A stretch of DNA of 49,721 bases from Psammoneis japonica. Lineage: Eukaryota. Below the pieces are notes generated by a model. The model saw nothing but the letters and a program-made list of their open reading frames with translations, was not told the origin of the DNA and did not search any database. Every line of letters starts with the position of its first letter. Within the stretch, counting starts at the first letter, position 1. This document shows, one piece after another, positions 1 to 12,329 of the stretch. The translations under genes were made by a program, and so were the position numbers. The stretch lies in the NCBI GenBank assembly GCA_008632985.1, contig QPGO01000345.1, positions 1 through 49,721 on the forward strand. Reading direction: 5' to 3'.

Positions 1-1499
1 CCGCAGCACGGAATGCCGCAGCGAAGAAGCAGCGCGACGTTGAGTTGCCCTTCTCACCTCGAGCTACGCAGAAGTCGCGCCACACGCTCCATCTCCCACA
101 GGTTCCTAGACCTTTGCAATCTCCCATGTCTACGCCCTCTTCGCCTGCTGCATTTACGAGGGGTGGGAGAGCCCATAGTTGTCGCTCTCTGACGACTCGT
201 CTCATTCGCTTGCCGCGCATTTAGGGGCGTCGCCGCCACAGGACAGCCCAAGATTCTTTCGTCATGGGCGCTTTACCTTTGACGGGCCAGATGGCGGCGT
301 CAGTTCGAGTTCATCCTTTGAAATGCCACCTTCTCCCGGTGCTAGACAAAGCAGCCAGGAGCTCCCTCCCCTTCCGCCGGACTCTCCCATGTCTCCTCCT
401 CAGCGCGAGTATCAACGGCCTCCGCCGCCCCGTCCGTTTCCCTCGCTGGCGTACTCTGGACGCCACGGGCAACCGCCTATGTCTCCTTCGTCCCCGTCAA
501 GGACAAGTCGTCGTCATCATTCAGGTACACCCATGTCTCCACTGCCCTCGGGTCCTCTGCCGCCCGGCATTCATCGACTCTCGCCAGCTGGGTATCAACA
601 GCAGACCATATCCTTACCGCCTGCAACCGCCTGCAACCCACAGGACATCCCGAAACTCCCCTAACGGAAGCCGTTTGTCCTTGACTCCGCGTTCATATCA
701 GCGCTCGCCCGACAGGCAGGAGTTCAGACGCACCCCCGAGTATTCGCAGTCGCCTCGCCAAGGGTACCGGAGGTATGGCAGTCAGTCTTCCGGTCTCTCA
801 GTGCCCCATCTAGGCGGCGAATTACTGCCTGGTTACGATCGTCAGGGCCATCTGCCCATTTCTCCGGTGCAATCCAGTCCGCGATCATATTTGCGACACC
901 GTCCCCAGACCACGATTCGTCCACGTCCCGAGTTCTTGCCGCCTCCACCGACGGCTTCGCCAAGGAAAGGGCAACCCGAACGTGTGATGAGCGCATCCCC
1001 TCGACCAGCCTATTCGCCAAGTCAACATGCGGTTCACCCCTTTCATCGTGATTCTGGGTACACCAATGAAGAGTTTGATCCTCGTCAAGCTCACCAGGAA
1101 TGGCGTAGTAGTGACCAAGCTGAGCAGCGTTCAGAGACTACGCTGTTTGCAACTCCCGAGCAAGTTATTCGGACAAAGTTCGAGAAGAACTTGGATTCCG
1201 ATAGTCCGTCAGGGGTTGTAGACTCTGTGGAGGTGGTGCTAAGCTCCGGAATTGACGTGCCCAAATCAAAGAGTCCCGTCATCCAAAGAAAGAACGCAAA
1301 GGAAGACGACAGGGAGGAGCCAGACCTAAATCCGGCTTCTGACGGAGAAGACAACGACATGGTTCTCTCACCTGTTCCATTCGAGGGGAGCTCCTTCTTT
1401 GGAGAGAATCGTGACCACGAGGCCTCTTCGATACTTGATTTGCCTGAAAACATATTGACTGTTCCCATTTCCCCTTGCGGTCCCAGCGATGTTTCGTGA
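1..1499 (+). CDS. 3' part of a Pro/Ser-rich low-complexity protein, interrupted by two frame changes
   Basis: A coherent Ser/Pro-rich reading runs in frame 3 (3-~178), then ORF 179..664, then ORF 264..1499 with an acidic C-terminus and a stop at 1499. The frame changes are at ~178 and at a 10-bp duplication (ccgcctgcaa x2, ~617-636). No recognisable domain. Confidence 0.45.
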
Positions 1500-1922
1500 G
1501 TTTACGCAAGGAATATAATTTATGCACAAGATCTCTTGAATACATATCCGCGGCTCTGAATAACAAGGAGTTGCGATTCATTACTCTATTTCGCGCTAGC
1601 ACATCGATGATGTATAGAATGTTTGTTTATCAGCTTGAGTGTATTACCGTAGTTATTATGGGTAAAACGGAAGGAGGATCTTCGTCTTCGTACATGCCCC
1701 TGTGTTTTTGTCACATGTGAAATGGGCTTTCATCTAGTAGCGTCGTGGTTATCTCACTCCACGCATCCAGTCATTTGAGCAATGCCGGAACGTAAGAGAG
1801 TGTTCGACCCATTTACATTGAGGATAAAAAACAAAACGAGAAGCAAGGAACAAACGCCTCAGTCAAAAGGCAGCTTCAGCTAGTAGGGCTTCTAGAGTGG
1901 GGAAGTACCTACAGTGTTGCAG

Positions 1923-2122
1923 AAGTAGAAACATAGTATCGTTGTGGCTGAGTAGTCTAAGCCTTCGACAGAATTGGCTTTGGTAGATAGCATCCACACT
2001 CTAGAGCTCTAGAGAGAAATAAGTAGAAACATAATGTCGTTGTAGCTGAGTAGTCTAAGCTTTCGACAGAATGGGCTTTGGTAGATAGGATTCACACTCT
2101 AATAGAGCTCTAGAGAGAAATA
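1923..2122. repeat. Two-copy tandem repeat, ~98-102 bp unit
   Basis: aagtagaaacata...ctgagtagtctaagc.ttcgacagaat.ggctttggtagatag...ctctagagagaaata occurs at 1923-2020 and 2021-2122. Confidence 0.9.
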
Positions 2123-2364
2123 CGCATCTACTACCTAGGAAAAAATATAAAAAGATAATTTTGAAACAAGAAAAACAGGATTTTAGACTTAGTTCCCAGG
2201 AATCGCCTGAAGAAACATGGTAATGACGAGCAAACAATGAAACATCATCCGCGCTGCGAAGACCTCAAATTGGAGGCTAATCCACCAAATCTGGTTTGGA
2301 CATGCTTAACAGGTATCGCCTGGACTAATTAAAGATCTGTTGCAACGACAAACGCTCGTAGCAA

Positions 2365-3330
2365 CTACCAAGAGTCGGAACATCTATTCTGTAACACCAC
2401 CCTGACTCTTCCTGGCGGTGTCTTTTCCGAATCGTGATCACCGCCATTACTTGCGCTTCTGATAGATTTCGGATCAATTCTGGTGGGTGCATTACTCTCT
2501 TCCAAAGGTGATTTGTAGACAAAAATCACACTCAACAACGATGGCGTCAAAACAGCCGTGTTTACCAAAAATGTTGATTCGCATCCAATCGCATCCGTCA
2601 AGTGACCACAGACAAGTGCGCCAACCACATAACCCATGTCTCGAACTAACCGATAAAATCCTAAAGCTAGTCCCCGATTGATTGGAGTAACCTCGTCTGC
2701 TGCTCCTGCCTGTAGAGCGGGATATGCCATGGCGGTGCCGAGCCCCAAGGCAACATCAGCAACCAGCCATACTGTCACATGACGAGCATCGCCCACGACT
2801 CCCCACAAGGCATTTGGCAGTGCAAATAGGGCCATGGAAACAGAGCACATGCTGATGCCCGTTACCAAAAATACCTTGCGCCCAAACTTGTCAGACATTG
2901 CTCCCGTAAAGGCTTGCGCAAAGCCCCAACAAAGCGGATAGAGCGCAATGAGCAGATCGGCATGGGCGTCGCTGAGCAAGTGTTCGTGCTTGAAAAAGAC
3001 TGGAAAGGATCCCCAGGCAAATCCATCCTTGAAGTTGAGCACCATTCCTCCCTACAAGACATCCCAAAACGAGCGCTGGCTTTCTTCCGAAGCGATCCGC
3101 CAGAGGACCCGCAATCGCGTTGGCAATCGCCTTGGATAAATCAAACGTCGACACAAAAGCAAGACGAGTCGATGCCTTTGTCTGACCAAAGGTATCCTTG
3201 GCCATTCTTGGCAAAAGAGAACGCTCGAAACCACAACCTGCTCCCTGCACCAGAAACCAATCAGAATCACCACAAACTGCTCGTGACGATGCCATGTTTC
3301 GCACACAAAACTCCCAGACAACCCATTATT
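2365..3330 (-). pseudogene. MFS transporter pseudogene (bacterial-type family) with internal deletion and frameshifts
   Basis: N-half: GFERSLLP...KAIANAIAGPLADRFGRK (MFS motif A). C-half: GMVLNFKDGFAWG...GAMSDKFGRK...YPALQA...RGLALGFYRLVRDMGY. The halves are joined out of frame at ~3048 with roughly TM4-6 missing. Confidence 0.7.
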
Positions 3331-3778
3331 ATTAATACTTCTTTTTTAACTTGATGGAGTCGCGCAAGTTATGGCTCTAACATGTACCGTACGCTTTTCG
3401 TCAGAGCAATTGGTGAGCGAGGTGATTGGTGGGCTACATTATGGTGTAAAAATACTTGCCAACGAGGTGATTGATGAGGCTTCTCAAAAATGGAAGGGAA
3501 TTTGCGCTCGTTCTGGCTCAGATTCTTCTCGTACTGAAACGGTACATAAATCTGCAGAATGACGAGGTCGCAATTTCGCTAAATCATTATGATGTTTTCA
3601 AAAATACGGTGTCCCGACACAATAACGGCCGCGAACACCGTTGTTGCGTTGGCTGCGGATTGATTTTTCTGTTGTTTTCTGCACAAGAAAGTTTCGACAC
3701 ATTCATTCAAAACCCAACCACCAACGAAGGTCGTTGTTCTTTTGCTGGTACGGTATTGTTGCGTTTCGTGCAGCCAAT

Positions 3779-4714
3779 ATGAGTTACCGGGCTTTAAGTG
3801 GCTTGCAAGAGGTTTTGACCGAAACGAATCCGAGCACGGTTGACTTTATCAGTTTCGGAGACAGAATCAGAAGCGGGGATGAAGGCATCGAGCAATTGTG
3901 CCGCGTCCTTCCGTCCTTTAGCGAGTTACGGTGCCTTAACCTGTGCGCCAATGACATTGGTCCCGAAGGCATCAGGTGTTTGTGCCAAGTGCTGACATCA
4001 CTTCGAAAGCTGAATCGCCTTTTGTTGTCAAAAAACAAAATCGGGGATGCGGGTGTCAAGATTTTGTCACAAGTCATGCCGTCGCTTCCTCTCTTGCGCA
4101 TAATCCACCTAAGCGACATTGGCGTGGGCCCCGAAGGTGTAAAGTTATTCTTTGCAGCATTGGCACAGCACACAGGAATTAAAAGTGTTCGTTTTGGTGG
4201 CAATCCGATCGGAAACGAGGAAGCAGAGTACATTGGAAACGCACTGCTGCAGAATTCAACGATCACATATTTCGATTTACGACGTTGCTCCATTGAAGAT
4301 GAGGGAGCCAAATCGTTGGCACGGATGCTTGAAAACAACACATCCATTGATCACCTTCTGCTGCAGGCGAATCGCATTGGAGATGAAGGTGCAAAAGCAT
4401 TTGGCGAGATGCTCGTGCGAAACGACAAGCTCTTCTTCCTGACTCTTGGCCAGAACTCTTTTGGTGATGCTGGCAAGGCCGTACTGGTAAAAGGCGCGAA
4501 GCAGAATCCTACAATTCTTCCTTACTTTTGGAACGGCATGGATGGTGAGCTGATTGCCGAAATCAAAGAGTGCCAAAACGTTTTGCGAGTGGTGCGTAAT
4601 CGTCTTGCTCCCGTTGGCATTTGGGCGGACGTGTTGGGGCGCGCTCGCAACAACCCAAACCTTATGTTCCACATTGTCAAGGAGAAAGCGGAACTTTTCA
4701 AACGTGAATGTTAG
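3779..4714 (+). CDS. RNI-like leucine-rich repeat protein (NLRC3-like LRRs)
   Basis: Repeated 28-aa units LxxLxLxxNxIGxxGxxxL (LNLCANDIGPEG, LLLSKNKIGDAG, LLLQANRIGDEG). The first ATG is at 3779 and composition is normal. Confidence 0.85.
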   Translation: MSYRALSGLQEVLTETNPSTVDFISFGDRIRSGDEGIEQLCRVLPSFSELRCLNLCANDIGPEGIRCLCQVLTSLRKLNRLLLSKNKIGDAGVKILSQVMPSLPLLRIIHLSDIGVGPEGVKLFFAALAQHTGIKSVRFGGNPIGNEEAEYIGNALLQNSTITYFDLRRCSIEDEGAKSLARMLENNTSIDHLLLQANRIGDEGAKAFGEMLVRNDKLFFLTLGQNSFGDAGKAVLVKGAKQNPTILPYFWNGMDGELIAEIKECQNVLRVVRNRLAPVGIWADVLGRARNNPNLMFHIVKEKAELFKREC

Positions 4715-5059
4715 TTCCTTTGGTGGATGCAGCATTGCGAATTTTTTCTTTTTTCCAGTTCACAGGACATTCCATCCCCGTGAATTCTGAAATGGACTCT
4801 GGACTGTACTTTCGTCTCTACTAGGGTAGAGAGATAATGTTAGCATCAAATTTACGTATGTGACCCGCGCAATGAAGTTGCTTGACTCGATTATTCCTAG
4901 CTCTACCGTATGAAATGAAAATAGCATGCTAATGAGAGCGATAGAGCACTGTGAGAATGACGGAGTAGCTTGCTGAATACTGGCTGTATCTAGTCTAAAA
5001 TGACTGCCGGTGTGGCGCATTAATGAAGTTGTTTGTAAGTTTCGTCGCTGGCGGTAAGA

Positions 5060-8000
5060 CACATCATTCTGCATGCTCCGCCCTCTCCAGTTTTTCTTTT
5101 TTCTGACGATTTTTCACGAACACATTTTTTCGTCATGAGCGCGCGCAATGGCATTCGCGAATGGGATATGGCGCCGCAACCGTGTGACAGTGATGGTGTT
5201 TTGGCTGTCTTGGGGCTAAATGTCGAGGTTGTCTGGGAGCAGATGGTCAACATTTGGTCTGGGAAGTTGGAGCCCAGCTCAAGCAGGACTCATTTGGATT
5301 GTGGTGCAAAGGGGCAGACCAGCACACCATCCTCCCACTGCGGGTGCCTGGAGCTGGTCTGAGACGAAGTTTGCATGATCCCCTGAGGCTGTGATGAGTT
5401 GCCTGTGACTCTGAACATGGCTTTTGCCATTTGTCAGCCAGCCATGCACTTCGTCAAGTGTTGTGAGATGGCTTGACCACCCTTTTTGCGCTGAAGGGCA
5501 TGGCCACAACAGAGAATTTGCGACCATGTCCATCACAACACTCAAGAAGGTCAGGCAGACAGAGTGCTGCATTGCTGTGAATGGAGCACACTGTGGAGCT
5601 GGCATTGGTGCTGCACTTGCTGATTGACAGCGCTGGCCTTGAGATCAGGCAGAGTCTGGATGTTTGTCTTGAGTGTGTCCTCACACACATTGGCTTTCCT
5701 GTCAGCTGCTTCATGTTTCACTTGGCACAAAGCTCTTGTGGGCTGCTGAAGCAGAATCTGAGTGGCCACAAAGTGAGTCCCACATCACAACATGGAAGCA
5801 TGCAGGAGCACTCACTTCACATTTTTGGGTGCAGATTCCATTGGACGATGGATGGATGGTCCTGCAAAATTGATTGGGAGGGCAGACAGGGCCAGTCTGG
5901 GGTTGTCATCAGCCAAGGCCTTGCCATCTGATGCTGGGTTGCTCTGCAAATGCTGTGTGTTGCGCAAATTACGGGTTTGGATGGTCGCCAGGAGGAAAAT
6001 GGGGTGACCATCATTCAGTGCTGTCTTTGCTCCGACCTGACATTTAGGGTCAGCCCTCAAAGCCATGGAGTCGCCGCAATGACGTTCGTTGGGGGTTGTT
6101 GTGCCATGCGGCATTGCACCACAGCTGAGAGAGGTGCTTGCAGTTCGGGACTGAGAGTTTCTTCACGACCGAGAGACAAATGAATGGACCTGATTTTGTG
6201 TTGTTTTGGAAAAGACTGCTGCAGCACCCAGAAGTCTAGGTCGCCAAATGTTCTGCGAGGCTTCAACAAATTGCTCTTGCGACAATCCCGCAATGCTTGT
6301 GTGACACACAACGCCACTGAAAGGCTTTAGCTTTGGACAGTGTTTGAGGGCACGATCCCCATCGTTGGCTTGTTCTGGAAGTGCAAAGGCATGTGTGCAA
6401 CTTCTGCATGGCTCATGAAATCCATTCATTGCAGAATGCAACTCAAATCAATTGTTGCCACAGCTCCACTTTCTAGATGCAGTGCAGTCTGCAACATCCA
6501 ATCTTTCTCATCGAGATCCAAATGTGGTCACCACAGATGAAAGAGTCTTGAGGAAAGAATGCATGGTCTTGCAGTTGCAGTCGAGACAGTCGACTGCAAA
6601 CACTGCAACAACCGACTTGAGAGTGATCCGCAGGCATCCACTGTTGATGGTGACAGAATCACATCAGCCGACAGACAAAAGAGCCTTGAACATAGAAAAT
6701 GAATGTGCCATCGTGAACTTGAACATGCTTGAGCCAATCAAGCGCACAGATGCAGCACCGACTTGAAGACCTGAAGCCGCAAGATGAAGCAATCGCTTGA
6801 TCGAGTCTTGAAACACATGGCGTGCACCACTTTTTGGCAAACCTCTGTGCAAAATGAGTCAACTCACCCTTCTTTTTGTCTTTGCTGCAAAAGTTTGGAA
6901 CATTGCACCTGTTGTCAAACAAAAAAGATTCACAATTTCTGCCAAATGCAACAACACTAGATTGCTGAGCCTCAAGATGCCAGACGGATCACGTCATCTT
7001 GTGATTCGCCAGAGACTTTGTGGTTGAGTTGAAGTGAAGAAAGTCACCAAGATGTCAAGTGCCATGTGCAATTCCAGCTGGAGCACTGCATCTTGGCCCA
7101 CAGGACAAGGTGCAGGAGGAAGTCAAAATGGAAATCACCACTCAAACATGTCATCGAAGTCTGTCCCAGATGCTGAAACCTTCCAAGTTAGAGAAATTTA
7201 TCACACTCTCTGCAATGATTTTTTTTGCCCAACAAAGCTGGTGACAAAACCTTGCTGGTTGACAAGATTGAAGTCAGCAAAGAGTGCGATGTTGCCAAGT
7301 TTGTTGAAATGCGATGTTTTCATCATTCCATTGACAAGCATGACATGGGTTCTCATGTCATTCCCAAAGACCAGATCTCTTGGTGGAAACTGTGCAGCTC
7401 CAGCACATGCACCAGGTGCAGTCATGAAATTTCACAACTGTGCCTGCTGGCATTTGTTTTGTGTTTCCCAGTTGTTGCATTGTTTGCTTCAACTGCTGTT
7501 GACAGTGCTTGTCATTGCAAACATGACACCTGGCTTTGGGAGCTGTTTGTTTGATGAAGTCGATCATTTTCATCCCCGCCACATTGTGAATTTTCATTCT
7601 TGATGATGTGTTCTCACTCTGTTCTAAGCCTTCACACACTCTCTTTATTTTCTTTCATGTTGTTTGTTTGCTTTGACTTTTGACTGCCAACACATCCTGC
7701 AAATCAACCAAACACCAAAGACCCGTCAACATGAAGCTGTTGGCAGATGAGTCAATGCTCAAAAGCCAGCTGAGGATGTCATCCTTCATCAGTGATGCTG
7801 CTGCAATTTCTCATTGTTGAAAGGGAGTGGCTGCCGCTGGAAGTGTGGGTCAGCCGGCGCCAGTGTTGCGGGCAAAGTTGTGACAGCGCTTTAATTTTTT
7901 TTTGAAATTCCACAACAAGGTGGTCAACACGGCGAAAAATTTAGAGAGCAGCAAGAACATTGCAAGGCACAGAAAGCTGGCAGCAGGGAATGCAATGGAC

Positions 8001-9150
8001 ATGAAGTGCACAGCACGGGGAAGACAAAAATTGGCAAAACAGAGCCAAGGGCAGACCAAGCAGGGGATTCAGAAATGCAATCAGATGTGCAGGTGGGCAA
8101 AGCAAAACAGAGAGAGCTTCAAGGAATGGAGGTGAGAGAAGGCACAATTTTCAAAGGCACTGTGAAAAAACAAAAGAGACAAGAAAAGAGGAAAAAGAGA
8201 GAGAAGATGGGTGGGATTTACCATCAGGAGAAACAACAATGCAAAATGCAGCAGGGTCGTTTGTCAGGAATGCATGGCTGTTAAAATTGGTGCTGCAAAG
8301 CCACAAAGCAAAAAGACTCAATTTAGAAAAACATTTCAGGTGCTGATGCTGTGCTGTGTGCAGGATGAGATAAAGTGAAGGAGCAACCAAGTGCAGTTGT
8401 TGAGACAGGTCAAACATGGTTGCAGGCAAGAATGCCTGTTGTTGATTTAGAATCAAGGAGCCTGCAAACTCAGCCACTTCTGAGCTGAAATGAAAAAGAA
8501 CACCCAACTTGGCCAGAGCCAATTGTCTGGGATTGCAGTCAGGGAATGCCCAGATTGTCATGGGCAGACAGTTAGACCAAGAGTTTTGTTGTCCAAGATG
8601 TTGTGTTTGTTGCAGAGTGGCTGACCTCCAGGCAACTGTCGCTGCTGCAGAGGGAGTGTGGCAGCTCTGCTCAAGATCAACAAGCCCCTCATTGTCGCAC
8701 AAAAATGTTGAGACCTGCATGAAGCCCCTGTGTCCTTTCAACAATTGCTTTCTTGGCTGGCTTTTGGACACCATCCTTTTGATGGTGGAGAGTGCAAATG
8801 TGGCCACAGCCATGTTCTCTTGATCTGCTGCAATGTGCGGGAGGGCAGCCACATCCTGGGATGCGCCATCTTTCCAGCCTGTCTCAAACAGCCAGCTCAA
8901 CAACGTGGGCAAGAAGGCTGTTGCAGTGACATCCCAGACATCAGGTGCTTTCTCGACACTTTGAACACCATCATGAAAAAGAGACATGGTGAGGTCAGCC
9001 GTGTGAGCCAGGGTGTCATCACAGTTGGCTGATTCTGGCTTTTTTTTTTCTTGTGCGGTGCGAGACATGGCCGTCAGTTTTATCCGCAAGAAAGGTCATT
9101 CTGAAATTTCAGTGGTGTGATTCTTATGGATGACGCAGCCTTCCGCGCAG
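5060..9150. other. TpA/CpG-depleted, TpG/CpA-rich hypermutated domain A
   Basis: TA dinucleotides nearly vanish over ~4 kb and six-frame ORFs are Cys/His/Gln-rich and almost Tyr-free. Flanking genes have normal TA content. Boundaries are approximate. Confidence 0.85.
5200..7640 (-). mobile_element. Highly degenerate DNA transposon, possibly Mutator-like (MULE) transposase
   Basis: Minus-strand fragments in MULE-like order: VMLVNGMMKTSHFNKLG (cf. DGTYKTN), GTDFD, CTWHL (CxxH), KKW..., and a possible SWIM remnant (..PCRSCTHAFA). Many frameshifts and no TIR found. Confidence 0.35.
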
Positions 9151-9356
9151 TAGATGCATGATTCTTCTCAGGACAAGTGGGAATGCACACCTCAGTAAAA
9201 GAAACAACTACATGACAACATCCGTGTACATACTGTTACAGATGTCTACCTTTCTTTTCAGCGGAAGTACACAGGTCCAACTGGGTATTCCGGGAAGGAC
9301 ATAATGTAGCGGTTTTGCAGCTTCTCTTCGCTAACACCAGTGAAACAACAATCGGT

Positions 9357-12092
9357 TCAGTGCGAAGCCCAGAACATGCCATCTACGTGCTCCGGCCGAT
9401 TAAAGAAATCGGTCATATGCTGAGCAATCTTTTTGCTGTTTTCGCATCTTTCTTGCTCATCGACAAAATCAAGCTCGCTGAATACATTGTAGATCAAAAG
9501 AACAATCAGCATTTCCCGTGCATACGCTTGGCTTCCCTCATCACCGTCATGCAGGGATGGACACTCGGAAATCATATCTTTGATCAAAGGTCCCCAGTCC
9601 ATTGACTGAACCAAATAATCCTCCAGGAACTCGTTCACCGATGCACCAACGACCACCCAATTTGTCATCAGAGTCGTAACTTCCTTGCCAATGCTGTCAA
9701 CCAAGGCCGTCGCATTGAAATCATGGGTGAATGAGCCGGACAGTCCACCAATCTGGCGGGATAAGAAGCCGGGCGTTTTACCGAGACCGTTCGCCACCCC
9801 AGAAAAGTCGCGGCCATATGTGTATTTGAAGGACGTACACATTTCTGAGGGCAGAACGTCGTTTGGTTTTAAGTGTCTTCTTTCTTTGGACGAGCCACGT
9901 TTACGCAATATCGATTTTAGGCACGCCAACGTTGTCTTGTGTGACGACTCAGCCTCTTTCTTAGATTCGCTTAGCGGTTGCAGTACCTTGGTGACCTTCC
10001 CAGTCGACCGCAGAGAATCACCGATTGCAAGAAGGAAAGTTTTAGTGAAATGACCTTTTGAGGGCTTTGTGCCTCGCCAGATTGCTTTGGATTTGCTGAA
10101 AACATCAAATATCCCATCCGCTACCGGGTGTCGTTCCATAAGGCCACGTTCGAGAAGTGCATGGTATAAATGGACGCATACGCAAGCTTGGTTCAAATGA
10201 TTTATCGTGTTTGCTCCAGACTTGATGGATGCAACGTACGTGAATAACAAAAAGTTTCCAGCAACAAGAGGGTTCCAAAAAGCCTGCAGTCTAGTGGATA
10301 AAGAACTTCCGGGATTTCCCATCGGTAAGGTATCATAAAAACCCAGCCATTTTTCTGGGGATTTCCAAAAGCTCTCCTTTTCTTTTATCGCCTTCACCTG
10401 TTTACTGAATGCCTCATATGCAAGCTTCGCTTGAATCGCAGTCCGTTTAAGATCAGAATTCCCTTGGATTGTCAGGAAGCCCATTAGCATGGCATGCACA
10501 GCGAATGAAGCCGATAGCGGCACAGCGCTATCACCCCCTGTGAATAGTTCCATTAGCTCTCGAAACAAAGGAAAGAGAGACTCTGGAATGGCTTTTGATT
10601 CCATGCGCTTCCGAAAGGAGTCGGTTCCGCATAAACGCAGGAGCTGGGGCAAGATCGTTTCGAGCAGCAGCCTGTCCATGCATGCTTCGCTCGTTGACTT
10701 GGCTGGATTTCGGTTTTCGTCCCAGGATGGCCATGTTGAATTCGGCTTGGGGATGCCTTCCGGCAAAAAAGACTTGAGACCTTGCAAAAGAGAGTGCGTA
10801 TGCAAAATGTTGTTGTTCCCGCTCAAGGCGTTGAAGTTTTCCAGCCACCTGTTACCGCGCAAAATGCGGGAGTTGCGACGACACAAATCTTTGAAATTTT
10901 CCGCTTCCTGTACTTCGGCTTTGGTGGAGTCTGGCCCTACCTCGAAAACAACTTGCAAAACGACTATTGTGGAGGCTTTGTTGACTACATCCACAGAAAT
11001 GCCAGATTCACGAGCAAACTCCTCCGCCAAGTTTTCTTCAGCACAACTTTCAGCATTCAAGGGAGATCGAAACCCAACCTCGATACACTTGGCTATGAAA
11101 TTAAGTACCATGTACGGATTCTTAGCAATTCGCTTTCGGTCAATCATTTCTTCAAGCTCATCAACAAGTTTGGTGTTGCGCCAGAGAGCTGCCGCGAGCA
11201 CATGATAAAACGATTTTGACAATTGCGGGCAGTCTACAAAAAGAGACGCTTCCATACTATGAACGTCATCGATAGCCACGTTGATTACAGCAGCCACTTT
11301 CATCAATTCAACGACAGTCTCTTGTTGGTCGAGCATCCCATGTTTTTTACCGCCAGCGCTACGATCTAGGTCTTTCCTCTTACTTTCTAGCTCACTCTTG
11401 AAGTGTTTGAGATGGCGCATGGCATTTGCTAGTATGGCATCGACGCCATAAAGATAACATATCGCGTGAAATGATGTCGATCCCTTGATAAGATCGTCTT
11501 CGATCGAATACTTGCGCTCCGATTCTTTCGGCTTTGTTGCTTTGTAAAGCTCTTCTACGTCTTCGCTACACTGGGAAGCTTCTGCTGGAGAGTGCATCAC
11601 TTCTTCATCGGCATCGATATCATCGTGCAACTCCAGGGCATCAAAATGATTTCCAGCCACTTCTGCTTCTTGATCCTGTTCACCATTGTCTTCTTGTGTC
11701 TTGGCCGACTTGATCTTTATTCCCCCATCCCCAACTAGTTGATGACTCAACTCTTGTGCCTTATGCAGTACACCCCTGCAATACTTTAGCATCGCCAGCA
11801 TGTAATCATGACCATCATCATGACTCTCCCCATACGTTGCTGCAACTTTTTCTCTGAGTTGAATAGATTCCTCAAGATTCATAAGAAGGTCCTTACTAAC
11901 CCGCAACAACATGCTCGACTTTGCTGCAGTGCGCCGCTGTTGTTTCTGTTGCTCTACAAGTTTGTTCAAGATAAACTCTGACGCATTCCCCAGGTCATCA
12001 ACATACTTTAAGGAAAAATCGGAAGGAAGCAGCCGAGCAAGACCATCGCGAAAGGCCCGAGTTTTCTCCTTGTAGCGAGCGTAAGAAGTCAT
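9357..12092 (-). CDS. 911-aa protein with DUF6604-like N-terminal region, function unknown
   Basis: Long intact ORF. The N-terminal YARYKEKT..F, HDYMLAML..C and NHFDALEL pattern resembles DUF6604 proteins (recalled, not searched). Normal Tyr and TpA content. Confidence 0.75.
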   Translation of the reverse strand: MTSYARYKEKTRAFRDGLARLLPSDFSLKYVDDLGNASEFILNKLVEQQKQQRRTAAKSSMLLRVSKDLLMNLEESIQLREKVAATYGESHDDGHDYMLAMLKYCRGVLHKAQELSHQLVGDGGIKIKSAKTQEDNGEQDQEAEVAGNHFDALELHDDIDADEEVMHSPAEASQCSEDVEELYKATKPKESERKYSIEDDLIKGSTSFHAICYLYGVDAILANAMRHLKHFKSELESKRKDLDRSAGGKKHGMLDQQETVVELMKVAAVINVAIDDVHSMEASLFVDCPQLSKSFYHVLAAALWRNTKLVDELEEMIDRKRIAKNPYMVLNFIAKCIEVGFRSPLNAESCAEENLAEEFARESGISVDVVNKASTIVVLQVVFEVGPDSTKAEVQEAENFKDLCRRNSRILRGNRWLENFNALSGNNNILHTHSLLQGLKSFLPEGIPKPNSTWPSWDENRNPAKSTSEACMDRLLLETILPQLLRLCGTDSFRKRMESKAIPESLFPLFRELMELFTGGDSAVPLSASFAVHAMLMGFLTIQGNSDLKRTAIQAKLAYEAFSKQVKAIKEKESFWKSPEKWLGFYDTLPMGNPGSSLSTRLQAFWNPLVAGNFLLFTYVASIKSGANTINHLNQACVCVHLYHALLERGLMERHPVADGIFDVFSKSKAIWRGTKPSKGHFTKTFLLAIGDSLRSTGKVTKVLQPLSESKKEAESSHKTTLACLKSILRKRGSSKERRHLKPNDVLPSEMCTSFKYTYGRDFSGVANGLGKTPGFLSRQIGGLSGSFTHDFNATALVDSIGKEVTTLMTNWVVVGASVNEFLEDYLVQSMDWGPLIKDMISECPSLHDGDEGSQAYAREMLIVLLIYNVFSELDFVDEQERCENSKKIAQHMTDFFNRPEHVDGMFWASH

Positions 12093-12329
12093 TCTAGTGC
12101 TCGTTGTGCTCTGTTTGGTACCGGTATATTATTTCACTTGTATCTCGACTGATTACGTTATAGATCGTATTGGTCCGTTATTGCACTACGGAGGTACAGT
12201 AATACAATAAGCTTGCTGCGTCGACGAAATGAGACTGGCCGCCATGGCAATGGAGTGTGTTCACAGTTTTCATAATTTCGCACAGTGCTACCGGTGTAAG
12301 GTCGTACGCGTATGTTTTATGTAAGCCTG

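Noticed and set aside
170..640. Compensating frameshift pair in the first gene
   Set aside because: The intervening frame-3 segment has a stop (~222), so it cannot be read through. Assembly error or a broken allele cannot be distinguished here.
1923..2122. Tandem repeats here and at 22292, 30250 and 39494 as CRISPR arrays
   Set aside because: There is no repeat-spacer structure and no cas genes, and the context is eukaryotic.
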